Of a DNA stretch of 64,000 nt, positions 8,333-20,452 are shown piece after piece. The notes under the pieces were generated by a model that made no database searches, was not told the origin of the DNA, and saw nothing but the letters and a program-made list of their open reading frames with translations. How positions within the stretch are numbered: position 1 is the first letter of the stretch; every line of letters begins with the position of its first letter. The position numbers and the translations under genes were made by a program. Source of the stretch: an uncultured bacterium (GTDB lineage: Bacteria; Krumholzibacteriota; Krumholzibacteriia; LZORAL124-64-63); the NCBI GenBank assembly GCA_963732385.1, contig CAVSZB010000003.1, positions 1 through 64,000 on the forward strand, given 5' to 3'.

Positions 8333-8623
8333 ATGGAATCCGTTGATTTTGAAAAGGTTGTCGACGTTTGCCGCGCCCACGGCACACGAAAGATCACTCT
8401 GTTCGGGTCGTTTGTGCGCGGTGAGGCCGGTCCGGACAGCGACATCGACCTGATCGTGGCGTTCGCTGGGCCCACCGGACTCCTGACCCTGGTGCGGCTC
8501 GAGCGGGAACTCTCCGAAGCCCTGGGCCGAGGCGTGGATCTGCTTACCGAGGAATCCATCAGCCCCTATCTGCGCGAACGCATTCAGCGCGAACAGCGAG
8601 TCATTTATGAAGCAGCGGGATGA
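8333..8623 (+). CDS. Minimal nucleotidyltransferase antitoxin (MntA-like)
   Basis: [18 protein letters not shown] motif. Confidence 0.9.
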   Translation: MESVDFEKVVDVCRAHGTRKITLFGSFVRGEAGPDSDIDLIVAFAGPTGLLTLVRLERELSEALGRGVDLLTEESISPYLRERIQREQRVIYEAAG

Positions 8624-8948
8624 CCGGCTGTATCTGCAGCACATTCTGGACGCCATCTCCACGATAGGGTCGTACATGGATGGCGTCGAAGAGAACACGT
8701 TTCGGGCCTCGAGCCTGCTGCAGGATGGTGTCATCCGTCAGATTCAGATCGTCGGCGAGGCGGCCAAGCGAATTTCGCCAGAGCTCTGTGAGCACTACCC
8801 CGAGCTTCCGTGGCGGGACATGGCCGGCATGCGCGACAAGCTCGTTCACGATTACTTCGGTGTCGACATCGGAATGGTCTGGATTACGGCCACGGTCGAT
8901 CTCGTGGAGCTTCACGCTCAGGTGGCGCGGGTCGTCGCTGAATTGTAA
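8607..8948 (+). CDS. HepT-like HEPN RNase toxin (DUF86)
   Basis: [39 protein letters not shown] (RX4H). Confidence 0.92.
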   Translation: MKQRDDRLYLQHILDAISTIGSYMDGVEENTFRASSLLQDGVIRQIQIVGEAAKRISPELCEHYPELPWRDMAGMRDKLVHDYFGVDIGMVWITATVDLVELHAQVARVVAEL

Positions 8949-9101
8949 GACGGTACTCCAACCATCGCTTGCAGTGGATGGGCACACCCATCTCGTCGCC
9001 TGCCGAGGCACGCACCGCGCTGGCCGCGGCGTCGCCGCCTGACATTCCCGATGACCGGTCCGGGCGCCGGCCCTTATTGTCTGCAGCCGGGAGGAGGCGC
9101 C

Positions 9102-9758
9102 ATGTACTTCACGGCTGTCGAAGAGGGCCGCATCCAGTTGGCCATCGAGGGGATCGAGGCGAAGACCGGCGTCCAGGTGCTGGCCGCGGTCATCGGGAGG
9201 GCCGACCACTACCCGGAGGCGCCGTGGAAGGCGTTCGCCCTGGCGGCGTCGCTCGCGTCGCTCGGGCTGGCGATCCAGGCCGTCCTCGACCCGCCGTGGA
9301 TCGCGCCGGTGCACGCTGCGTTCTACGCGATCGTGGTGCTTGGGGTCGGCACCGCGGCGGCCCTGGCGACCGTGCTGCTGCCTCCGGTTGCCCGGCTCCT
9401 CATTCCCTCCGCGCGGCTGGAGGGCGAGGTCGAGCAGTACGCTCGCGGCTACTTCCTCGAGCGGGAGGTCTTCGGCACGCGCGAGCGGACCGGGATCCTG
9501 GTCCTGGTCAGTCTCTTCGAGCGCAGGGTCGTCATCCTGCCCGACACGGGGCTGGCGGATCGGCTGCCCGCCGAGGCCCTGGCGGCGGTCGTCGCGCGCA
9601 TGGGGCCGCGGCTCTCCCGCGGGGCGCGCTTTGCCGCGCTCTCGGCGGTGCTGGCCGCCCTCGAGGAGGTCCTGCTGGCTGCCGGGTTCCGTGGCGCACC
9701 GGGCGCGCCGGACGAGATCCCCACCGAGCTGGCCCAGGACGGGGGGGTGGACGGATGA
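9102..9758 (+). CDS. TPM-domain membrane protein
   Basis: IEAKTG, TRERTGILVLVSLFERRVVILPD, DEIP motifs; GGAGG RBS. Confidence 0.85.
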   Translation: MYFTAVEEGRIQLAIEGIEAKTGVQVLAAVIGRADHYPEAPWKAFALAASLASLGLAIQAVLDPPWIAPVHAAFYAIVVLGVGTAAALATVLLPPVARLLIPSARLEGEVEQYARGYFLEREVFGTRERTGILVLVSLFERRVVILPDTGLADRLPAEALAAVVARMGPRLSRGARFAALSAVLAALEEVLLAAGFRGAPGAPDEIPTELAQDGGVDG

Positions 9759-10735
9759 ACGCGAGGCTGCGGGCGGCGCGCGCCTTCTTCCTGCTCTGCG
9801 CCACGCTGCCGCTGGTCGCGGCGGCCGCTCACGCCGCCGTGGTGGAGGTGCCCTACCTCTCGGGGCGGGTCGTCGACACGGCGGAGGTCCTCAGCGCCGA
9901 CGCCAGCGCGCGGATCGGCGAGCTGCTCAGGGCGCACGAGGTGAGCAGCGGCAACCAGGTGGTCGTCCTCACCCTGCCGAGCCTCGCCGGCGAGAACGTG
10001 GAGGACTTCGCGGAACGCGTCTTCCGGGCCTGGCGACTCGGTCAGGCGGGCAGGGACAACGGCGTGCTCATCGCGATCGCCGTCGAGGACCGGCGCCTGC
10101 GCATCGAGGTCGGCTACGGCCTCGAGGGCACGCTCACGGACCTGGCCGCCGGACGTATCATTCGCGGCGTCATCACGCCGCGCTTCCGCGCCGGCGACTA
10201 CGACGGCGGCATCGAGGCGGGTGTCTCCGCGGTGATCGGGGTGCTCGCGGGCACGGGCGAGGTGCCGGCGGAAGCGGAGCCGGTCGCTGATGCGTCTTCG
10301 GGCCTCCACATGGAGGGGCCCGACCTGTCGATCGTGGAGCGCATCCTCTTCGGGGCCTTCATCTTCGGCATCATCGGGCTCTTCACCGTGCTCGGCGTGC
10401 TGACGCCCAGCGGCGGCTGGTTCCTGTACCCCTTCCTCATCCCCTTCTGGGCGGCCTTTCCGATCGTCGTGGTCGGCGTCAAAGGGACCCTCATTCTCCT
10501 GATCAGCTACCTGGTGCTCTTCCCCCTCGCGAAGGTCCTGGTGTCGCGCGCGCCCTGGTACAGCAAAGCACGCCAGGAGCTCAAGACCAAAGGCAAGGCA
10601 CGCATCGGCGGCTTCACCTTCGGCGGCGGCAGCAGCTCGGGCAGTTCCGGGCACAGCTCCTGGAGTTCGGGCGGCAGCAGCTTCTCGGGCGGCGGCGGCC
10701 ACTCCGGCGGCGGCGGCTCCTCCGGGAGCTGGTAG
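9755..10735 (+). CDS. TPM/YgcG-family protein with Gly/Ser-rich tail
   Basis: GRVVDTA, WRLGQAGRDNGVL, RIEVGYGLEG, GGGG.SGSW terminus. Confidence 0.92.
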   Translation: MNARLRAARAFFLLCATLPLVAAAAHAAVVEVPYLSGRVVDTAEVLSADASARIGELLRAHEVSSGNQVVVLTLPSLAGENVEDFAERVFRAWRLGQAGRDNGVLIAIAVEDRRLRIEVGYGLEGTLTDLAAGRIIRGVITPRFRAGDYDGGIEAGVSAVIGVLAGTGEVPAEAEPVADASSGLHMEGPDLSIVERILFGAFIFGIIGLFTVLGVLTPSGGWFLYPFLIPFWAAFPIVVVGVKGTLILLISYLVLFPLAKVLVSRAPWYSKARQELKTKGKARIGGFTFGGGSSSGSSGHSSWSSGGSSFSGGGGHSGGGGSSGSW

Positions 10736-10797
10736 CGCTACCGGGCAAGGAAAAGCCGTGCCATGATTTGCAGGATCCGAGCCCGAGGTAACAGACG

Positions 10798-12243
10798 ATG
10801 AGCCCCAACCGCAACGACCCCTGCCCGTGCGGCAGCGGCGAGAAATACAAGAAATGCTGCCTGGCGAAAAACGCTTCGGCCGGACTCGTCGAGGCGGGCT
10901 GGCTGCGGATGCGCCGGACCGAGGGTGAGCTTATGGCCGGGCTGACCCGGCAACTGGCCCGGTATTACGGCCCCGACGCACTCGACGCGGCGTGGGAGGA
11001 GTACACACTCTGGCCCGATCCTCCGGCCCCCCAGGACGAGTGGCCGGAGTTCGACACGTCATTCCCTGCCTGGCTGGTTTTCGACTGGGATCCTGATCCG
11101 AGTGACCGCGGTCAGGGCGCCGAGCGGCCCGCAATGGCTCCCGCGCCTCTCTATGCGCAGCGCAAGGGGAAGAGTCTGGATTCGTATGAACGCCGCTACA
11201 TCGAGGAGGTCTGCCGTCGTCCGTTCACTTTCTACCTGGTGGTTGCGCCGGTACCAGGACGGGAGATCGCCCTACGCGACATCCTTCGCCAAAAGGAGGT
11301 GACGGTGCGCGAGCGGCAGGCCTCGACCACGCTTCGCCCGGGCGAAATCATCTTCACGAAGGTCGTCTCCCTCGACGGCGAAACCGTCATGCTCGGCTGC
11401 GCCCCCTACGCGATTCCCGGCCGGAATTTCGATGCGATCGTGGCGCTGCGCGAGCATATCGCCCGGCACCATGAATTGACCGACGAGACGCTCCGCGAGT
11501 TCGACATGGAGATGCGCCAGCTCTACTTCGAACTGCGCGAGGGCGTCGTCAATCCAGGAATGCCCAGCCTGCAGAACACGGACGGCGACCCTCTCCAGCT
11601 GACGCGCATCGACTACGAACTGGACTGCTCGCCGCAGGAGGCGTTCGCCGCCCTGCTGCCCCTGACCCTGGAGGACGATCCCACGGCTTTCGAGCACGAG
11701 ACCGAGCGCAGCAGGGCGGGCGAGCTGGTCGCCGTAAAAATTCCCTGGCTGAAGATCGGCAACGCGCGGAATTCGGGCTGGGAGAACACCGTGCTGGGCC
11801 ATATCGAGATCCGGGGCCGCGCACTGCGCGTGAACGTCAACTCGCAGGCGCGGGCCGAGGCGATCAAGGCCGAGATCTCGGCCCGGTTCGGCCCGCGGGC
11901 CCGGCCGAAGGGCGTCGTGATCGAGTCCGTCGAACAGATGATGGCCGCGGCGGCCGCCCTCAGCGCCCCTGCAGCCGGGGCGAATCAGGTACGCGAGAGC
12001 GAAAAGCCGGAGCAGTCGCCCGAGCTCCTGGCCATCATGGCGAAGATGAACGCAGAGCATTGGCGCACCTGGCCCGACATCCCCCTGCCCGCGCTGGGCG
12101 GCCAGACCCCGCGCCAGGCCGCCGCGACCCCCGCCGGTCGCGAGCGTCTGGATGTGTTGTTCCTGGGTTTCGCCGCGCACGAGGGAACTCCCGGCGCCAT
12201 GCGGCCGGACATCGCAGCCTTGCGCCGGGAACTGGGAATGTGA
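10798..12243 (+). CDS. SEC-C motif protein with C-terminal MbcA/ParS-like segment
   Basis: RNDPCPCGSG.KYKKCC at N-terminus; WPDIPLPALGGQTPRQAA near C-terminus. Confidence 0.85.
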   Translation: MSPNRNDPCPCGSGEKYKKCCLAKNASAGLVEAGWLRMRRTEGELMAGLTRQLARYYGPDALDAAWEEYTLWPDPPAPQDEWPEFDTSFPAWLVFDWDPDPSDRGQGAERPAMAPAPLYAQRKGKSLDSYERRYIEEVCRRPFTFYLVVAPVPGREIALRDILRQKEVTVRERQASTTLRPGEIIFTKVVSLDGETVMLGCAPYAIPGRNFDAIVALREHIARHHELTDETLREFDMEMRQLYFELREGVVNPGMPSLQNTDGDPLQLTRIDYELDCSPQEAFAALLPLTLEDDPTAFEHETERSRAGELVAVKIPWLKIGNARNSGWENTVLGHIEIRGRALRVNVNSQARAEAIKAEISARFGPRARPKGVVIESVEQMMAAAAALSAPAAGANQVRESEKPEQSPELLAIMAKMNAEHWRTWPDIPLPALGGQTPRQAAATPAGRERLDVLFLGFAAHEGTPGAMRPDIAALRRELGM

Positions 12244-12268
12244 GATCCCGGAAGACCTTTAGCCTGAC

Positions 12269-12325
12269 CACCCCGCCCTGTATTGAGCGTGCTCGCTCAA
12301 GGTTGCCCTGCGCGCCGATCGGATG
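12269..12325 (-). repeat. Degenerate copy of the brnT 3' end
   Basis: caccccgccctgtattgagcg.gctcgct...ggttgcc.tgcgcgccga also at 13348-13404. Confidence 0.75.
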
Positions 12326-12350
12326 ATCTTGCTGCTTCGGCCCGAAGACC

Positions 12351-12713
12351 CTAGACGTCAGCAATTCCCATCTTCTCGGCCGCCGCAACAAGTGCCTTGT
12401 CCAAACTCCAGAGCGTTACGTTCTGCAACCGCGCGGACGCCAGCAGGTGAATGTCGATCCAGCCAAGTCCGCGTCCCTGCAGCTTCTCGGTTTCCAGTAA
12501 AAGAAGTGCTTCCTCGTGCTCAACCACCGGGTTCTCCGGCAGCGCCTGCAGCAGCCTCAAGATCTCCTCGCGGTTTCGCAGATTCCCACATGCGAGCTCT
12601 CCCACCACATACGGATGGATGACTACCGCCCCTTGATTCAAGCGGGCGACCAGCCTGGGGCACGTTCGCCGCAGATGATCGATCCACACCGATGTGTCGA
12701 CCAGCACCGTCAC
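12351..12713 (-). CDS. vapC: PIN-domain VapC toxin
   Basis: VLVDTSVWIDHLR, GELACG, GLGWIDIHLLASA. Confidence 0.93.
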   Translation of the reverse strand: MTVLVDTSVWIDHLRRTCPRLVARLNQGAVVIHPYVVGELACGNLRNREEILRLLQALPENPVVEHEEALLLLETEKLQGRGLGWIDIHLLASARLQNVTLWSLDKALVAAAEKMGIADV

Positions 12714-12904
12714 GAAGCGCTCCTGCGCCGCGGTATCGGTCGAAGTCCCTTCTCGGTACCCCCCAACCGCGCGAGTCTGCGGGCACTCTCAAGCGCGATC
12801 AGAGCTTCGAGCCCAAGGCGAACGAGATACGTCTTCTCCTGTACGCCGGTCAGCTTCGCCGCGCGTTTCAGGAGATCGTCATTTATGTTCAGCGTGGTTC
12901 TCAT
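12710..12904 (-). CDS. vapB: VapB antitoxin (DUF2191-like)
   Basis: MRTTLNINDDLL...EKT.LV..GLEALI; overlaps vapC start. Confidence 0.9.
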   Translation of the reverse strand: MRTTLNINDDLLKRAAKLTGVQEKTYLVRLGLEALIALESARRLARLGGTEKGLRPIPRRRSAS

Positions 12905-12962
12905 GCATATCAGTATGCACTGTCCATGCATACCTGTCAAGCCCCCCGTCTCGCGCCGGCGC

Positions 12963-13090
12963 TCAGAGTGGAGCGGCGGGCGCCCCGTAGAAGGCGGCCA
13001 GGTTCGCATCGTGGATGACCTTTTCACCGCGGAGCAGAAAAAACGGTGGGTGGCCGGGTGCGACAGGAGCGCCGTCGCCATTCGGAGGAA
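12963..13090 (-). pseudogene. Remnant of ORF6N-like DNA-binding protein
   Basis: LLRGEKVIHDANLAAFYG resembles the ORF6N start (IRGQKVILDADLAELYG), then a stop. Confidence 0.5.
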
Positions 13091-13125
13091 TGGGCGCGCG
13101 GCCGTGGGCCGCACGAAAACTCACC

Positions 13126-13344
13126 CTAGCTGTTGGGCTTCCACTCGAGCGCGAGGCGCCGGCTGCTCGCCGCACAGTCGCGCAGGTAGAGATTGATCAG
13201 GGTCTGGTACGGGATGCCAACATCGGCGGCCAGGGCCTTGAAATAGGCGATCGTCGGCTCTTCCAGCCGGATCGTGACCTGCCTCTTCAGCCGGCTCGCG
13301 TACGGGCTCTTCTTGCTCGCGGAAAAATCGTAGGACTTTCGCAT
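13126..13344 (-). CDS. brnA: BrnA-family antitoxin
   Basis: MRKSYDFS...VTIRL...YFK.LA...GIPYQTLINLYLRDC. Confidence 0.9.
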   Translation of the reverse strand: MRKSYDFSASKKSPYASRLKRQVTIRLEEPTIAYFKALAADVGIPYQTLINLYLRDCAASSRRLALEWKPNS

Positions 13345-13346
13345 GC

Positions 13347-13634
13347 TCACCCCGCCCTGTATTGAGCGCGCTCGCTTCTGGTTGCCTTGCGCGCCGAAAT
13401 GATGCGGATCACATCCGACGCCTCTCGGTGACAATGGCAGACGACCAGAATCCGCAATGACCAACTCATCCCGAGCAGAACGAAGCGATCCTCCTCTTCG
13501 GAGTGATCCGGATCCGGAATCACGCGCCCGTATTCGTCGGCGAAGGCCGTTGCGGCCTCTGCGAAGGCGACGCCGTGCTTCCTCTTGTTCGCCGCCGCCT
13601 TGCGCCGATCCCATTCGATCCTCAGGTCTGCTAT
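13347..13634 (-). CDS. brnT: BrnT-family toxin with non-canonical ATA start (absent from ORF track)
   Basis: Manual translation: IADLRIEWDRRKAAANKRKHGVAFAEAATAF...DPDHSEEEDRFVLLG...IRIISARKATRSER. Confidence 0.85.
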   Translation of the reverse strand: MADLRIEWDRRKAAANKRKHGVAFAEAATAFADEYGRVIPDPDHSEEEDRFVLLGMSWSLRILVVCHCHREASDVIRIISARKATRSERAQYRAG

Positions 13635-13640
13635 ATTGCT

Positions 13641-13669
13641 ATTATAAGTACATTGTATGTATGAAGCAA
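13641..13669 (-). promoter_or_regulatory. Sigma70-type promoter of brnTA with palindromic operator
   Basis: TTGCTT-17 bp-TATAAT; the spacer contains TACAT-aca-ATGTA (13649-13661). Confidence 0.75.
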
Positions 13670-13706
13670 GGGCGATGTCCGCGCATGGGGCGTTCGTTTC
13701 GTCGGG

Positions 13707-14375
13707 TCAGTAGGTACCGACTTCGATGGGCCGCTCCGCTTCGATCCCCCGCAGCCTCTCCGCCCAGACGTCCAGCGCCGCCGCCCGCTCCTCGTCGCTG
13801 AGGCGCACCGGGCCCCAGGTCACCTGCGGGGCCAGGACGTCGAAGCCGCAGAACTCGAGCATGCCGCGGTGGATCGGACGCAGGATGGCGGCGAGGTCGC
13901 CGTTGAAGCCGCCTTTGACGTAGGCGGGTTCGGGGCCGCCGGTGGTCAGGGACAGGAGGGCGCGTTTGCCGCGCCAGACGCCTTTGTCGTAGACACGGCC
14001 GCCGCCGTAGGCGCGGCCCATGGCGAAGACGCGGTCCACCCACCCCTTCAGGATGGCCGGCAGGCCGAACCACCAGAGGGGGAATTGCCAGATCATCAGG
14101 TCGCAGGCTTCGATCTTCTGCAGTTCGCGCTCGATGTCGGGGGCGAAGCCGTGGTTGGCGGTGGCGTGCATTTCCTCGAGTTGCAGCTTCAGGTAGTTGG
14201 GATCGTGGGTGGTGAGAAAATTTTGGCGGCCCGAGACCGGGTCGAAGCGGAGGGCGTGGAGGTCCGATTCGGACACGTCGTGGCCGGACGCCCTCAGGGT
14301 GTCGATGGCGGTGCGGTAGAGGGCGCCGTTGAAGCTCTGCGGTTCGGGGTGGGCCAGCACGACCAGTGCGTTCAT
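13707..14375 (-). CDS. Flavodoxin-fold NAD(P)H:quinone oxidoreductase (NQO/KefF-like)
   Basis: LAHPEPQSFN, QFPLWWFGLPAILKGWVDRV, SLTTGG. Confidence 0.92.
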   Translation of the reverse strand: MNALVVLAHPEPQSFNGALYRTAIDTLRASGHDVSESDLHALRFDPVSGRQNFLTTHDPNYLKLQLEEMHATANHGFAPDIERELQKIEACDLMIWQFPLWWFGLPAILKGWVDRVFAMGRAYGGGRVYDKGVWRGKRALLSLTTGGPEPAYVKGGFNGDLAAILRPIHRGMLEFCGFDVLAPQVTWGPVRLSDEERAAALDVWAERLRGIEAERPIEVGTY

Positions 14376-14393
14376 GGCGGCCTCCTCAGAAAT

Positions 14394-14483
14394 TCAGCCC
14401 TGCCTGCCGCGGGTGAATGCGGCGAGCACCTCGCCCGTGAAGGAATTCCGGTTGGGATGGGCGAAGATGGTGTACACGCGCAT
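14394..14483 (-). pseudogene. 29-codon N-terminal fragment of a second flavodoxin-fold oxidoreductase
   Basis: GGAGG RBS, MRVYTIFAHPNRNSFTGEVLAAFTRGRQG*. Confidence 0.65.
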
Positions 14484-14526
14484 CGGGATTCCTCCGGGCG
14501 TCCGCGCGCCGGTTCCCGCCCGCGCC

Positions 14527-14979
14527 CTAGGCCCGCGCTCCGGTGCCCTCGCGTCCGTCCTCCCGCAGGTAGGCCACCTTCAGGCGCGCTTCGGCCCGTT
14601 CGACGGCGGCGCGGGCGCGGTCGATGTCGGTGCCGGGCTCGGGGGCGGTCAGGCGGGCCCTGGCCCGTTCGAGGGCCTTCTTGGCGCGTTCGAAGTCGAT
14701 TTCGCCGGCGGCCTCGCAGGTGTCGCTCAGGACGATGACCTCGTTGTGGGCGATCTCGACGAAGCCGCCGCTGACGGCGAGGAACTTGGCGTCGCCGGCG
14801 TTGCCGCGCTGCTCCTGGCGCACGGTCACCACGCCGGGGACGAGGGCGGTGACGAGGGGGGCGTGATCGGCCCAGACGCCGAGATAGCCTTCGGTGCCGG
14901 GGAGGTTGACGGAGACTGCTTCGGCCTCGAAGGCGGTTTTTTCGGGGGTGACGATGGAGACTTTGAAGGACTTGGGCAT
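14527..14979 (-). CDS. atpC: ATP synthase epsilon subunit
   Basis: IVTPEK, LPGTEGYLGV..DHAPL, VSGGFVE. Confidence 0.96.
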   Translation of the reverse strand: MPKSFKVSIVTPEKTAFEAEAVSVNLPGTEGYLGVWADHAPLVTALVPGVVTVRQEQRGNAGDAKFLAVSGGFVEIAHNEVIVLSDTCEAAGEIDFERAKKALERARARLTAPEPGTDIDRARAAVERAEARLKVAYLREDGREGTGARA

Positions 14980-15125
14980 TTTGGGTGTTCCCCCGGGGAC
15001 GGGACTGGCAACGTTGGGCGCTTCGATTCTGCACTATGTCGCGCGCGCAGGGAGCTTCGAATTGAGCGCGCCTACCGGCGCGCCGTGGGGCGCTTCGATG
15101 TTGAGCGCGGCTCTCGCCGCGCTGT

Positions 15126-17451
<2,326 letters not shown>

Positions 17452-17475
17452 CGTCCGCCTCCCCCGCGCCCGCCG

Positions 17476-18996
<1,521 letters not shown>

Positions 18997-19048
18997 GGCG
19001 TTCTCCTCGTAGTCGTCAGCGTCGCCCCGGCCGTCCGCCGCGGGCCGT

Positions 19049-19612
19049 TCAACCCGCGGCGACGCCCGGCAGCGGCGACTTCAGCAGCCGCGCGCGCAGA
19101 TGCTGCAGGCTCGCGCGCACGGAGCCGTCGATGACGTCGTCACCCACGACCACCGCCACGCCGCCGATCACCGCCGGGTCCACCCGCTTCTCCAGCACGA
19201 TCCGCGAACCCGTGAGCGCCTCCAGTCGTTTCGCCAGCGCCCCCTCCAGGTCGGGAGGCAGCGGCACCGCGGTCGTAACGACCGCGCGCTGCAGCCCCTG
19301 CGCGCGTTCGACGAGACGCGCGAATTCCTGCCCGATGTCGTCGAGGTGCTCGATCCGGTTCTTGTCGATCAGGAGCAGGAAGAAGTTCAGCAGCAACGGT
19401 TCGATCCGGCTGCCGAACAGCGTGCGCAACAGCCCCCGCTTCTCGTCCTCGGACACCTGCGGCCCCCGGAGGAAAGCCCCGAGATCGGGACGCCGCGCCA
19501 GCAGGTCGCGCACGGCCGCGTACGATTCCGCCATCGCGGCGGGATCGCCGTCGCGCGTGGCGGCCGCCAGGAGGGCGCCGGCATAGCGTGTCGCCAGCCG
19601 GCGATCATGCAT
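19049..19612 (-). CDS. atpH: ATP synthase delta subunit
   Basis: [19 protein letters not shown]; operon position. Confidence 0.95.
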   Translation of the reverse strand: MHDRRLATRYAGALLAAATRDGDPAAMAESYAAVRDLLARRPDLGAFLRGPQVSEDEKRGLLRTLFGSRIEPLLLNFFLLLIDKNRIEHLDDIGQEFARLVERAQGLQRAVVTTAVPLPPDLEGALAKRLEALTGSRIVLEKRVDPAVIGGVAVVVGDDVIDGSVRASLQHLRARLLKSPLPGVAAG

Positions 19613-20108
19613 GGCGCACCTGCCCCAGGTTGTCGATGTACTCGCGAATCAGCCGTCGGTGACGCTCGTCATCGAGCGATTCGCCGATCGCTTTCTCGGC
19701 GGCCAGCAGCGCCATGTCGACGAGCTGGGCCCTCAGGGCCAGCTGGGCCTTCCGGGCCTCCGTCTCGATGTCGTCCTGCACCTTGACGAACGTGGATTCG
19801 GCCTTCGCGCGCGCTTCCGCCACGATCCCCTCGGCCACCGTCTCCCCGCGCTTCACCGCCTCCTGGATCTGCTGCCTCTCGAGCGTCCTGATGTCGGCGA
19901 GCTTTGCCTCGAACTGCCCCTTGAGGCCGGACGCCTCGCCCAGGGCGTTCTCGGCGTCCGCGTAATCCTTGCGGATCTTCTCGCGGCGCGCGTCGAGAAA
20001 CTCGAGAATGGGCCCCCACGCCGTCTTCCTGAGGATCAGGACGACGATCACGAACCCCAGAACGGTCGTGAGGATCTGAGCCAGGTCGATTCCCAGTGCC
20101 TTCAACAT
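19605..20108 (-). CDS. atpF: ATP synthase b subunit
   Basis: N-terminal TM, WGPI...LD.RR..I, coiled coil. Confidence 0.94.
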   Translation of the reverse strand: MLKALGIDLAQILTTVLGFVIVVLILRKTAWGPILEFLDARREKIRKDYADAENALGEASGLKGQFEAKLADIRTLERQQIQEAVKRGETVAEGIVAEARAKAESTFVKVQDDIETEARKAQLALRAQLVDMALLAAEKAIGESLDDERHRRLIREYIDNLGQVRHA

Positions 20109-20161
20109 GTCAGCGCCTTCCGCGCGTGCGCGGACCGGGCCGGGCCGTCAGCGGCCGCGGC

Positions 20162-20389
20162 TCAGCCCAGCTTGCCCTGGAGAATGAAGACCGACAGCAG
20201 AGCGTAGATGGTGAGCGCCTCGATGAACGCGCAGCCGATCACCATCGCAGTCTGGATCTGGCCGATCGCCTCGGGTTGACGGCCCATGGCCTCCATCGCC
20301 GAACCGACCGCGCGTCCGAGGCCGAGACCCGAGCCCACGGCGGCGATGCCGACACCGAGGGGAAGGGCCAATCCGAGCAGGTTGTTCAT
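20162..20389 (-). CDS. atpE: ATP synthase c subunit
   Basis: GxGxGxG, RQPE, IEALTIY; GGAGGAG RBS. Confidence 0.96.
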   Translation of the reverse strand: MNNLLGLALPLGVGIAAVGSGLGLGRAVGSAMEAMGRQPEAIGQIQTAMVIGCAFIEALTIYALLSVFILQGKLG

Positions 20390-20452
20390 GACTCCTCCTT
20401 CAACAGGATCCTGATCCACGGCGGGCCTGACCCGCCCCGACACGAGGTGCGC

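Noticed and set aside
8969..9754. 588 aa ORF 8969-10735 as a single protein
   Set aside because: The first 262 codons are an off-frame shadow of the 9102-9758 gene; the real start is 9755.
20162..20389. Na+-translocating ATP synthase
   Set aside because: The c subunit has E-A (IEALTIY) and lacks the helix-1 Gln and the E-S/T of the Na+ motif; it looks H+-type.
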